This document shows, piece after piece, positions 19,238-28,658 of a stretch of 64,000 nucleotides of DNA. Each line of letters starts with the position of its first letter. Position 1 is the stretch's first letter. Under the pieces are notes generated by a model that saw only the letters and a list, made by a program, of their open reading frames with translations, was not told where the DNA came from and made no database searches. This DNA is from a virus: positions 32,001 to 96,000 of the IMG/VR virus record IMGVR_UViG_3300023174_000082; one strand, given 5' to 3'. The position numbers and the translations under genes were made by a program.

Positions 19238-20289
19238 TAAATGTTGTAAATGTTTTCAACTGAATGAATGTTTGGTTCTAACAACTTGTGTAGATCTTGT
19301 GTGTTGTTAGGAAACTTTTCAAGTTGCCAAGTTTTTAAATTGAGACCATGTTGATATATCAAACAGTGTTGTATGATTATTTCTTGATCAAATGTGAGAT
19401 CAATTTCGTAATACAAGTTGTTCACGATGGCGTCAACAATATGTGGTTGATTGTAACAGAAGTCTAAGAGATCTAACTGTTTCTTTTGCCAGGCTTTACA
19501 GATAGGTAACCAAGCATCAAATCTATGTTTGTTAATCTCCAAATCAAGATACACCATTACTTTCCCAATCACAGTTTCAGTTCGAGTCCACAAGTCCAAA
19601 CAGTTGATCCAATAATGCGGATGTTGATAATCAAATTTAAAATCAAAGTGATCAAAGTCAAATGGCCGAATGTTTAACGCAAGCCGTTCGCGTCTGTCCC
19701 AAGTGTTGGTCAACTGCAATTCTTGAAATGTTGTTTGACTTGATTTGTTAAACAAGTTATCTATAAAATTGAATAGATCTTCTTCTGATTCTGGCGGACC
19801 ATTTTTGAAACCCAAATACGTTGATAAGTTTCTTGTGTTTCTAGAATAAAGCACAGATCTAGGTTCATTGGCTACGTAGATAATGTCAGTCTGTGTGTCT
19901 TTGCAAATGTCAAAAATTTTAGCATAATCGTCTGACATGTGTTGTTTTAGTTGATGGTACACATCAGTAGATTCAAGGCTACTGGTGTCAAGATTTAATC
20001 TTTTGGCAATTGTTCCTGGCATCAAGTTGATTGGGTACGTAGAATATATTGCATCCAACGGAAGTGAATCAAATTTTTCTATTTCACGTTTGAACTCGTC
20101 TGCTCCTACTGGGTGATTTTTTAAATGTCCGTGAGCATTTAATTTTGTAATAGGATCGTGAGTCAAGTCAATCCATTGGTCAAGACTTACATTGTAGTAT
20201 TTTGACTGCCCAGATAAAAAATGAATGCTCCAGTCAACAAATGTACAACCTAAAGAATGCTTGCTGGTAACACATATTTTTTTGTTCAT
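19237..20289 (-). CDS. Hypothetical protein, paralog of 12831..13688
   Basis: 350-aa AT-rich ORF coupled to the nucleosidase gene. Confidence 0.55.
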   Translation of the reverse strand: MNKKICVTSKHSLGCTFVDWSIHFLSGQSKYYNVSLDQWIDLTHDPITKLNAHGHLKNHPVGADEFKREIEKFDSLPLDAIYSTYPINLMPGTIAKRLNLDTSSLESTDVYHQLKQHMSDDYAKIFDICKDTQTDIIYVANEPRSVLYSRNTRNLSTYLGFKNGPPESEEDLFNFIDNLFNKSSQTTFQELQLTNTWDRRERLALNIRPFDFDHFDFKFDYQHPHYWINCLDLWTRTETVIGKVMVYLDLEINKHRFDAWLPICKAWQKKQLDLLDFCYNQPHIVDAIVNNLYYEIDLTFDQEIIIQHCLIYQHGLNLKTWQLEKFPNNTQDLHKLLEPNIHSVENIYNI

Positions 20290-20825
20290 AGATTCAAATC
20301 TTTAAGTTTGTTGATGTAGTAAAGTTGTCCTTGTGCTACTTGCTGTTTCCAATCATTGTGTGCATGTTGATTGGCTTGATCGCTGATGTATTTCCAACAC
20401 ACAAACTCAACACCATGTTTTTCACATGCTTTGGCAATGGCATAGGCTTCCATGTCTACAACGTCTGCTGGTATTTCTAGTACTGGATTCATCACAAAGT
20501 TATCACCAGTACTGCAAGTTAAGCCAGTAGAGTTGCCAATGTGTGTGCTAGTTTCAAATGGTGTTTGTCCTGGCACACATCCCAATGCCTCACAGGTCAT
20601 GTCTCTTTGCACAAACTGAGTGCATTGATAGAATCCTGGTGCGACTGTTATACCACCGGCGGTGCCAAAGTTAATAATACGTCGGGGACGATACTTTGTG
20701 ATGACTTCACTAGCAGTTATGGCAGCATTTACTTTGCCCACCCCAGTATAAAACAAGTTCATCATGTGGCTGAGATCGGGTGCTTCGTCCTGGATGGCAA
20801 TCAACACAATGTCGTTCATGCTCAT
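20286..20825 (-). CDS. mtnN: MTA/SAH nucleosidase (Pfs/MtnN, PNP_UDP_1 family)
   Basis: GVGKVNAA, INFGTAGG, STGDNF, VDMEAYAIA, KYISD motifs. Confidence 0.85.
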   Translation of the reverse strand: MSMNDIVLIAIQDEAPDLSHMMNLFYTGVGKVNAAITASEVITKYRPRRIINFGTAGGITVAPGFYQCTQFVQRDMTCEALGCVPGQTPFETSTHIGNSTGLTCSTGDNFVMNPVLEIPADVVDMEAYAIAKACEKHGVEFVCWKYISDQANQHAHNDWKQQVAQGQLYYINKLKDLNL

Positions 20826-21157
20826 ACAAATGTATCTGGCCAGTCTCTAAATAAAGCATGTTGAATATTGCCTGACACAAATTGATTGAATGACTTGTGC
20901 TTGACTTCAAGTTCGCCTTCGAGTGGCGCCACTCTTTTGAACGCCGAGTCCATTTGGCCCATGTCTCGAAACTCCATGATGATCATCCATTCAGGCATGT
21001 CTGCAATTGAACGAAATCCCATCTTGCATCGTGTGATACGATAGTCTACCATCTTGTCTTCAGAGATCAAATGATCAAAAAAACTTTTCATTCCGTTGAC
21101 CCAGTCAAGGTCTGAGATGTCGCCTTCTTTGTCTGCCCAAATTGTGTATAAATCCAT
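20822..21157 (-). CDS. Hypothetical protein, 111 aa (possible dimeric alpha/beta barrel)
   Basis: Coupled ORF in the operon; fold guess from the EWMIIMEF.DM.QMD.AF pattern only. Confidence 0.55.
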   Translation of the reverse strand: MDLYTIWADKEGDISDLDWVNGMKSFFDHLISEDKMVDYRITRCKMGFRSIADMPEWMIIMEFRDMGQMDSAFKRVAPLEGELEVKHKSFNQFVSGNIQHALFRDWPDTFV

Positions 21158-21159
21158 AG

Positions 21160-21594
21160 TTACTCCAGTGGTCCTAGTATTTCAAATCCCGCCATGCTGG
21201 ATTTGTATAAGTGTGCTTGCTCAAGATACAGGTATTGGAACCCTCGAGCCTTGTAGATAGCACACTCTGCTTTCATTGTTTCAATTCCTAATCTCAACTT
21301 AGGATTGTTGTAGTTCCATGCAAATTGATCGCACAGTGCGTTATGATCATCATAGCGTTTGATTAACGAGAATGCAACCAATCGGTCATGGTCGTAGTAC
21401 CCAATCACATCAGTCATTGGATCTGTATATCTGCTGTCAAATATGGGCATTACACTTGCAAAATGTTTGTATTTGCAATAGTCTCTATAGATAGAGTTTA
21501 GCTGTTTGATATCAGGGTTAAACAAGTACTCCCACTTTACACTTGGTGTATAGTTGGTTTGGCTAAGATCAATTCGTGCAAACTGATAGCTCAT
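21160..21594 (-). CDS. Arginyl/aminoacyl-tRNA-protein transferase C-terminal-like (ATE/Bpt, GNAT-type) protein
   Basis: GYY..DRLVAFS, W.Y..PKLRLG..., GFQYLYL...YK pattern resembling the ATE_C domain. Confidence 0.55.
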   Translation of the reverse strand: MSYQFARIDLSQTNYTPSVKWEYLFNPDIKQLNSIYRDYCKYKHFASVMPIFDSRYTDPMTDVIGYYDHDRLVAFSLIKRYDDHNALCDQFAWNYNNPKLRLGIETMKAECAIYKARGFQYLYLEQAHLYKSSMAGFEILGPLE

Positions 21595-22091
21595 CGTGGA
21601 TCCCGGCGATGTTGGAACAATCCAGTAAGATATTCTTCTGGCCAGTTGTGATAGAATCCCTTCTCAGCCATTGTTCGGGCCTTGGCATCAAGATCGCTGA
21701 GACTCTGCACCAACGCCAGTGCATATGTTCCTTGGTTCATACACACGCCGTTGATCATTTCTACATCTGAGGGATGGTCTTCTAGTGCAAGAAGATCCTT
21801 GCGTAGTAAAAATTCTTTGTTGGCAATCTTCAAACTGTCACTGAACAATTCATATGGCCATTCTACTGGATTGTATGCATAGATTACAACTTCCCATTTG
21901 CCCATACCCCAGTGTGCTTGATTTTTTAAATCAAAATAAGGATGCACACCCACTCGCACATCGTAGCTTTTTTTCATTCTTGCTGAGCGTGCGTATGGGC
22001 AAGGAGCCCAGCCTCCTAAAGCAGGATGTGGAACTTCCACAAAGTTCACAATCCAGTTTTCAATATCTTGAGTAACTGTTTCTATATCCAT
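21591..22091 (-). CDS. Hypothetical protein (DUF1415-like)
   Basis: WI..FVE...L....CPYA and DHP motifs resemble DUF1415. Confidence 0.5.
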   Translation of the reverse strand: MDIETVTQDIENWIVNFVEVPHPALGGWAPCPYARSARMKKSYDVRVGVHPYFDLKNQAHWGMGKWEVVIYAYNPVEWPYELFSDSLKIANKEFLLRKDLLALEDHPSDVEMINGVCMNQGTYALALVQSLSDLDAKARTMAEKGFYHNWPEEYLTGLFQHRRDPR

Positions 22092-22321
22092 TAGAAATAC
22101 GGCAATTTTGTTTTGTTGGTCGTTTCCATGTTTTCTTCAGCAATCTTGCTAATCATTTTTCTTTCAGTGAAACTTAGTGCCAGCACCTGATCGTAGGTGA
22201 GTCCGCCGCGCATCAACCAAGCCAATCTTAAACTGTTTGATCTAATTGCGTTGGCCTCCTGATCAAGGCTGTCAATGTACTCGCCAATTTCCTCTACTGG
22301 GAGGATCAGGAGGCGGCTTCG
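22091..22321 (-). CDS. Unannotated gp51-like reading frame, probably reached by -1 frameshift from the upstream gene (internal ATG at 22213 would give only 40 aa)
   Basis: Open frame RSRLLILPVEEIGEYIDSLDQEANAIRSNSLRLAWLMRGGLTYDQVLALSFTERKMISKIAEENMETTNKTKLPYF*; its stop overlaps the next ATG (TAATG). Confidence 0.7.
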   Translation of the reverse strand, partial: RSRLLILPVEEIGEYIDSLDQEANAIRSNSLRLAWLMRGGLTYDQVLALSFTERKMISKIAEENMETTNKTKLPYF

Positions 22322-23151
22322 AAAAAATTTGTAAGATCCAGATTCAGTGCTTGATCATGTTCGTGATTGCATTCACTGCAGGTGAGATGCACAGGTTTGA
22401 GTTCTGTACGATTGCGCAATTCAACTGCGTGATCTCTAACAGCAACAAAAATTTGACGATCGCAGTTTTGCAAAAATTCATCAATGTGCTCGGACTCTGA
22501 CACAACAGACTGTGGTGTACGAATTGCTGAAATTGAGTACTTGAGAGCTCGCATGGTCAGCTGAGTCAACGTTTTCATCACTTCGGCTAGTTTTTGTAAC
22601 TTGTCGTCTTCACTGAGTTCAGTATCCATGCTAATGTTGCGCATCATGCGTTGATTTTCAAATTGCTCAAGATTGATTTCGTTTTGTTTTTCATAACTCA
22701 TTGGATGAAAATAAATTTCCAAATCTCCATAAGTCACTGTGGCAGAAAAGTCAGGCATGGTCAACTGATCCAGTGCATTGCGCAAGTCTAACGCAAAACT
22801 CTCAATGTGTTTGCAAGCAGGACAAGTGGTTTCAATTTCAAGCTCGTGACCGTAGCTGGCAATACGAATAGCAACCAGGATAGAGTTTAAATCTGCCACA
22901 GGAGCATGCCAGGCATTTTTAATTGACGGCACACAACTGTGTATCACATTGACCACAGCTTGCCCGCTAAACAGTGCATCTGGCGTGCGATAGGTAATTT
23001 CGTCAATGGCTGTCATGGGATAAACAGGCAGCTCACCGTTTTGAGGCACGTCTAAGCTGCCTTCTGGCCAGTATTTGCCCTCGCTGGGCAACCGCAAGTA
23101 AATTGCTGGTTGTCTAAAAAATTGTCTAAGTGGATTGTGATTTTGGTTCAT
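22306..23151 (-). CDS. Baseplate hub/tail assembly chaperone (T4 gp26-like)
   Basis: LPS.GKYW, PMTAIDE, DL..IL..IR..SYG, two CxxC pairs (CPAC, CSEC) and C-terminal NFF as in gp26 homologs. Confidence 0.7.
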   Translation of the reverse strand: MNQNHNPLRQFFRQPAIYLRLPSEGKYWPEGSLDVPQNGELPVYPMTAIDEITYRTPDALFSGQAVVNVIHSCVPSIKNAWHAPVADLNSILVAIRIASYGHELEIETTCPACKHIESFALDLRNALDQLTMPDFSATVTYGDLEIYFHPMSYEKQNEINLEQFENQRMMRNISMDTELSEDDKLQKLAEVMKTLTQLTMRALKYSISAIRTPQSVVSESEHIDEFLQNCDRQIFVAVRDHAVELRNRTELKPVHLTCSECNHEHDQALNLDLTNFFEAAS

Positions 23152-23161
23152 AGTGTACCCA

Positions 23162-23179
23162 TAAATATACTTCTACTTA
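23162..23179. promoter_or_regulatory. Two opposed late-promoter motifs: TAAATA (+, 23162-23167) and TAAGTA (-, 23174-23179)
   Basis: 41-nt gap between the divergent gp26-like and tape measure genes carries one motif per strand. Confidence 0.6.
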
Positions 23180-23192
23180 TAGGTGTTTTTCA

Positions 23193-26100
23193 ATGGCGGA
23201 CGTAAATCAAGCATCACAAGAAATGGCTGAAGTCATAGCACAAGTGTCTGACGACCTTAGACGTTTTGGGCGAGTTACCGAAGATACTCAAGCAGCACTG
23301 GCAGCTGGCAGTTTTCGCCGAGCAAAAGAACTTGACAAAGCCAGTGCGTTAACAGCAGGTGCGTTAGGAAATCTGGCAGGTGCAGGTCTAGCAGCCGGCA
23401 AAGCCATGTATGATGGCCAAAAAGGCGCCGCGGCATTTAACAGTTCACTTGACAGCATGAGCAAAGCAGTTACCGCAGCCGGTGCTGCGTTGACTTTCTT
23501 GGTTCCTGGCGGATTTTTAATCAAAGCTCTAATTGGCCTGGGCACAGCCGCAGTTGGCGCCAGTATTAAGATGACTCAAGCGGCCAACGACATGGCCGAC
23601 AATTTGTTCTCAGCCAATAGCAAAATGGCCAAATCTGGCCTGGCAGCATCAGATGGCATGACTGGCATATTCCGCGACGCCAAGAAGCTTGGCCTGAGCA
23701 TGAAAGAGTTGGGTGTATACACCAATGCAGTAGCAGCCAACAGCGCAGAATTGGCCTTGTTCAAGGGCACAGCATTTGAAGGACGTAAAGCATTTGCTGA
23801 CATTGGTGCGTCAATGAAGCCATTCCGCGCCAGCTTGGAAGGCGCAGGTATCAGTCTTGAAGATCAAATTGCAGGCACTGCTGGCTATTTGAGATTGCAA
23901 ACTCAAATAGGACAAAGTCAAAACAAAAGCACAACAGAACTAGCCAATGGTGCTAGAAAATATCTAGTTGAAATGGATGGACTCAGCAAGCTCACAGGCA
24001 TGCAACGTGAGGAGATGGAAAAACAAATGGAAGCTGCTAGAAGCGAGCAGCGTTTCCGGGCCAAACTAGATGCCATGCGAGCATCTGGAGATGCCCGACA
24101 AATTGCTGCTGCTGATAAGATGGAAAGAGCCAACATTCTTATCAGCAAACAAGCACCAGAGTTAGGACAAGCATTTAGAGATGCCAGTTCAGGTGTGCTC
24201 ACAAGTGATGCAGCAGTTAAAGGGCTGATTGGCACACAAGGCAAGCTGTTACAAGTGACTGATCAATTGGCAAATGGTCAAATTGACGAGTATCAAACGT
24301 TCAAACAGTTGGGTCAGGCTGCTGGACAGTTTGGTAAAGACATGAACTTTACAGCTCAGCTGGGCTTGCTGAATGATTTCAGCATTGATTATGCGCAGGC
24401 AATGAAAATTGGTATTGCCACAACAAAAGACACTTCTGAACTGGCTGCGTTAATTGCAGAAGAACAAAAGAAACAAATGGGCTCGCAGAATGACGCCAAC
24501 ACCAAGGCCATGGCTGATCTCAGAGAAAAACAACGCAATCTCAATGAGATGCTGGAAACTACAATAGCTAACCAGATGGGCACAGCTATATCAATGAGCA
24601 ACGCTCTAGCCAATGCCACAACACCTATTGCCACGGCATTTGACAGACTTGCACCATTGATGGAAAAATTCATAATCCAAATGACAAAACTCACCGACTT
24701 CTTGGCAGAAAAACTGGGATATATTGTTAACAAGAGTATTGATGTAGTAGAAGCCACACAAAAAGACGGCATGGGCGGATTTTACAGATCTGGTGGCAGT
24801 GAATTAGTTGGGTCTGGTGTTGGTGCAGTAGCTGGTGGAGTAAAAGGCGCAGCCATGGGTGCGGCTCTAGGTAGTGTGGTGCCAGTGCTTGGCACAGCTA
24901 TTGGTGCCGCCCTGGGCGGATTGGTTGGTGGTGTGGGTGGTTATTATGGGGGCAAGGTATTGGGTATGGGCGCTGATGCACTAGGTACCGCAGTAACTCC
25001 TCCTGGGCGTGCCGCCGGTGGTCCTGTCAGCAGACGAAATCCCTATATTGTGGGCGAGCGTGGCCCAGAACTCATGGTTCCTGAACAAGCAGGAAAAATT
25101 ATCAACAATGACAAACTAAGCAAGATGTTTGAGTCCATGGCTTCTTCTGTATCTTCAGGACAAGTTAGTGTTGATATGATATCTCAAGTGATGGGCAGCT
25201 CTGTAACTGTTGTAACCACAACCAATAGCGAACTGACTGACAATTTAAAAACTACACAAAACGTTGGCAACACATATCAAGCAATACTGAAATCTGTTGA
25301 CGAGCTAAATGACAAAACCAAAAAAACAACAGAGTCTGCAATTACAGCTCAACGAGAAACTCTAACAGACATACAACGCATTGAACGTTACACTGATCAA
25401 GACATGAAACGCACAAAAGAGTTTGTGGATTTTCATAAAAAATATCTTGACAGTATCACCCAGATATTGGGTGAAAACTTAGAGCTATTGCAAGAACAAT
25501 CAGAACAAAGTGGTTCTGCTGGTGCAGGCGGCGCTCCAGGCATGGGCGGAGGTACAGGACTGAAAATTCCAGCAGCGCCACCAGCCGGAGGCATGGGCGG
25601 AGGTACAGGGGTTAGGGCTGGCGGCGGCCAAGGCGTACAAGTTAAAAATCAAAACGATTTGTTGTCCATGGGTCTTAAATTTGATCCCAAACGTGATGTA
25701 CAAGCAGAAGGTGCGGCAATCAGTCCCAAGTTAATTGAGCTGGCCAAGAACGTTCAAAGTCTCATACCAGGATTTTCAGCATTCACAGGAATGAATGATC
25801 AGTACCACAACGAAAAGCATCCACGAAGCTTGCACGCCAAAGGTCAAGCCATGGACTTTGTGCTAAACAAAAAGCCCACAAAAGAAGAAGGTGAAAGCAT
25901 TGTTAGTTGGCTCAAACAGTCAGGAGCCAGTCTTGCCTTAGATGAATACAACAACGCTAATCAGCACACAACAGGCGGCCACTTCCATGCAGAAATTCCT
26001 GCATTTGGCGACGGAGGCATGGTAGACAAAGCCACACTGGCGTTGATTGGTGAAAAAGGTCCAGAAGCTGTGATTCCCATGGACGGCAAAGAAATTCCAC

Positions 26101-26645
26101 TGAATATATCCAAGCCAATTCCAATCAAGCTGGATCTCAAAGATGTATTTGCCGAAGGAGGCATTGGCCCAACATTTGGCGGCATGAACGAATACACTGG
26201 TTACAACATGGGCCACATGTCAACTGATTTGAGTGCAGTGAAAGAAATTGCTGCCAGCATGGGCGCCTTTGACAAAGCATCACAAACCATCACAGATCCA
26301 GCAACCTGGAAAGAAATTATAAATTCAGGCATTGCTATGAATTACGATCTTGGCATGGCCAAAATTGGTACTCAAATGGGAGACGGTATAGGACAAGAAA
26401 TGGCACAACGTCTGAATGACATTGTGGCTGAAAATGGTGTGAGTCAAAAGGAAGCATTTGATATCATGCGAACAGAGTTTGTAGAAGCCATGAAAACAAT
26501 CACAACAGAAATGTTCCAGAAAATGGCCAAAGAATCAGCCACACCAGAAACAGATGCGCTGATTGCTGGCATTGATGCGCTAATTGCCAAGCAGAGTGAA
26601 GCCAACGACATCAGCAAGAAGATACTCCAGGTGAGTGCAAACTAA
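23193..26645 (+). CDS. Tape measure protein with predicted Zn-peptidase (M15/LAS-like) domain
   Basis: Long Ala-rich helical protein, Gly-rich hydrophobic segment, two GG.V...GE.GPE motifs, H-x6-D (HAKGQAMD) and HFH. Confidence 0.75.
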   Translation: MADVNQASQEMAEVIAQVSDDLRRFGRVTEDTQAALAAGSFRRAKELDKASALTAGALGNLAGAGLAAGKAMYDGQKGAAAFNSSLDSMSKAVTAAGAALTFLVPGGFLIKALIGLGTAAVGASIKMTQAANDMADNLFSANSKMAKSGLAASDGMTGIFRDAKKLGLSMKELGVYTNAVAANSAELALFKGTAFEGRKAFADIGASMKPFRASLEGAGISLEDQIAGTAGYLRLQTQIGQSQNKSTTELANGARKYLVEMDGLSKLTGMQREEMEKQMEAARSEQRFRAKLDAMRASGDARQIAAADKMERANILISKQAPELGQAFRDASSGVLTSDAAVKGLIGTQGKLLQVTDQLANGQIDEYQTFKQLGQAAGQFGKDMNFTAQLGLLNDFSIDYAQAMKIGIATTKDTSELAALIAEEQKKQMGSQNDANTKAMADLREKQRNLNEMLETTIANQMGTAISMSNALANATTPIATAFDRLAPLMEKFIIQMTKLTDFLAEKLGYIVNKSIDVVEATQKDGMGGFYRSGGSELVGSGVGAVAGGVKGAAMGAALGSVVPVLGTAIGAALGGLVGGVGGYYGGKVLGMGADALGTAVTPPGRAAGGPVSRRNPYIVGERGPELMVPEQAGKIINNDKLSKMFESMASSVSSGQVSVDMISQVMGSSVTVVTTTNSELTDNLKTTQNVGNTYQAILKSVDELNDKTKKTTESAITAQRETLTDIQRIERYTDQDMKRTKEFVDFHKKYLDSITQILGENLELLQEQSEQSGSAGAGGAPGMGGGTGLKIPAAPPAGGMGGGTGVRAGGGQGVQVKNQNDLLSMGLKFDPKRDVQAEGAAISPKLIELAKNVQSLIPGFSAFTGMNDQYHNEKHPRSLHAKGQAMDFVLNKKPTKEEGESIVSWLKQSGASLALDEYNNANQHTTGGHFHAEIPAFGDGGMVDKATLALIGEKGPEAVIPMDGKEIPLNISKPIPIKLDLKDVFAEGGIGPTFGGMNEYTGYNMGHMSTDLSAVKEIAASMGAFDKASQTITDPATWKEIINSGIAMNYDLGMAKIGTQMGDGIGQEMAQRLNDIVAENGVSQKEAFDIMRTEFVEAMKTITTEMFQKMAKESATPETDALIAGIDALIAKQSEANDISKKILQVSAN

Positions 26646-26661
26646 CGGTAAATAAACAACC

Positions 26662-28431
26662 ATGGCAGAACCCAAACAACAAGGCTGGCGCAAATATTTC
26701 AAAGTTGCAGACACATCTGGAGTGATGAGTCCAATTTCTGGCAAAAATCAGTATGGACTACCCAACTACGGCAAAAACGACGGCACTGACTCGTTGATCA
26801 ACGATTTTACCTTTAGAAATTATGCCAGTAGACTGCCTGAAGTGTATTCAGGTCACCCCAACAGAGTAGAGCGTTACAACCAGTATGAGAACATGGACAT
26901 GGACTCAGAAATCAACGCCTGCTTGGACATTATTGCTGAGTTCTCCACACAAATTAATCAATCAAACGCCACCCCGTTTGACATTCAATACAACGAAACA
27001 CCCACAGACCACGAAGTTGACATCATTAAAAAACAACTGCAACAGTGGGTCAAGTTGAACAAGTTGGATCAGCGTATATTCAAACTGTTTCGCAACACCA
27101 TCAAGTATGGCGATCAAGTGTTTGTGCGTGACCCAGAAACGTTTGAAATGTACTGGGTTGACATGACCAAAGTTGCTAGAGTTATTGTGAACGAGTCAGA
27201 AGGCAAACGCCCTGAACAGTATGTTATCCGTGACATCAATCCCAACTTCCAGAACATGACTGTGGCAGCAAAAACTACCACAGACTACATGACCAATCCT
27301 GTGACAGGCTCAATATCTGGCGCAGCCAACTACACCATGCCCAATGGTGGCTCTGGTGGCGGTGTAGGCAACAGTCGCTTTATGACTGCCATGAATGAAA
27401 CATGTTTGGATGCCAAACATGTGGTACACATGAGTCTGAACGAAGGTTTAGACGTATTTTGGCCATTTGGGCGCAGTATACTAGAGCAAATTTACAAAGT
27501 ATTCAAGCAGAAAGAACTGCTAGAAGATTCAATTTTAATTTATCGTGTGAGCCGTGCTCCGGAGCGTAGAATCTTTAAAATTGACGTGGGCAACATGCCC
27601 AGCCACTTGGCCATGGCGTTTGTGGAACGTGTTAAAAACGAAATGCATCAACGACGAATCCCTACCATAACAGGTGGCGGAGCCAACATGATGGATTCGT
27701 CTTACAATCCACTTTCGATCAACGAAGACTACTTTTTCCCCCAGGGCCAAGACGGTCGTGGCTCATCAGTTGAGACATTGCCCGGCGGACAAAATCTAGG
27801 CGAAATTGACGATTTAAAGTATTTTAACAACAAAATGGCCCGTGGTTTGCGTGTGCCATCAAGCTATTTGCCCACTGGTCCAGACGACTCAGACCGTGCT
27901 TTTTCAGACGGAAAAGTAGGCACAGCCCTTATACAAGAGTACAGATTCAATCAATATTGCGAGCGTTTGCAAGGGCATATTTCACAAAAACTAGACGATG
28001 AATTCAAGATGTTCCTCAAATGGCGCGGGTTTAACATAGACTCTGGCCTGTTTAGTTTGAAGTTTTCTCCACCTCAAAACTTTGCAAGTTACCGTCAAAG
28101 TGAGTTGGACAACACAAGAATACAAGCATTTACACAGTTAGAACAACTGCCTTACATGAGCAAGCGTTTTATGTTGGAACGTTTCTTGGGATTGACTGAA
28201 GACGAAATCAAAGAAAACGAAGAGCTGTGGCGTGAAGAACGTGATCAGCCCGAAATGCAAAGTTCAGGTGGCGCCGACTTACGTTCTGTGGGTATTACTC
28301 CGGGCGGCATGGAAACTGATATCAACACAGGCGAAGAAATTGGACAAATGCAACAACCTGGCGCAGGTGAAATGGTTGGCCCGGGTGCTGCTCCGGGTGC
28401 TGCCCCAGGCGGAACTCCAGGCGGAGTATAA
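26662..28431 (+). CDS. gp20: Portal protein (T4 gp20-like)
   Basis: LLEDSILIYRVSRAPERRIFKIDVGNMP, EDYFFP, ETLPGGQNLGEIDDLKYF. Confidence 0.95.
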   Translation: MAEPKQQGWRKYFKVADTSGVMSPISGKNQYGLPNYGKNDGTDSLINDFTFRNYASRLPEVYSGHPNRVERYNQYENMDMDSEINACLDIIAEFSTQINQSNATPFDIQYNETPTDHEVDIIKKQLQQWVKLNKLDQRIFKLFRNTIKYGDQVFVRDPETFEMYWVDMTKVARVIVNESEGKRPEQYVIRDINPNFQNMTVAAKTTTDYMTNPVTGSISGAANYTMPNGGSGGGVGNSRFMTAMNETCLDAKHVVHMSLNEGLDVFWPFGRSILEQIYKVFKQKELLEDSILIYRVSRAPERRIFKIDVGNMPSHLAMAFVERVKNEMHQRRIPTITGGGANMMDSSYNPLSINEDYFFPQGQDGRGSSVETLPGGQNLGEIDDLKYFNNKMARGLRVPSSYLPTGPDDSDRAFSDGKVGTALIQEYRFNQYCERLQGHISQKLDDEFKMFLKWRGFNIDSGLFSLKFSPPQNFASYRQSELDNTRIQAFTQLEQLPYMSKRFMLERFLGLTEDEIKENEELWREERDQPEMQSSGGADLRSVGITPGGMETDINTGEEIGQMQQPGAGEMVGPGAAPGAAPGGTPGGV

Positions 28432-28434
28432 ATA
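28427..28434 (+). promoter_or_regulatory. T4-type late promoter TATAAATA
   Basis: Exact T4 late consensus, 5 nt before the ATG at 28440. Confidence 0.75.
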
Positions 28435-28439
28435 TAAAC

Positions 28440-28658
28440 ATGCTCCTACAAGAATTTTGGAAAAAAGATCCTGAAGCCTATCAAGATCTATCGCAAGACA
28501 ACAGTCAACCGCAACTGGGTGATCTGCGCAAAACTCGCTTGACATTAAGACAGCTTAACAAGTTGAGAAAAATGAATGACGTCCGTGCATTCGAATACAA
28601 AGAAAAACTCAAACTAGTGCGACAACAGTACGCACCGCCTCCAGCCCCTGTGGCTTAA
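28440..28658 (+). CDS. Small head-module protein, 72 aa
   Basis: ORF between portal and prohead core genes with its own late promoter. Confidence 0.7.
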   Translation: MLLQEFWKKDPEAYQDLSQDNSQPQLGDLRKTRLTLRQLNKLRKMNDVRAFEYKEKLKLVRQQYAPPPAPVA

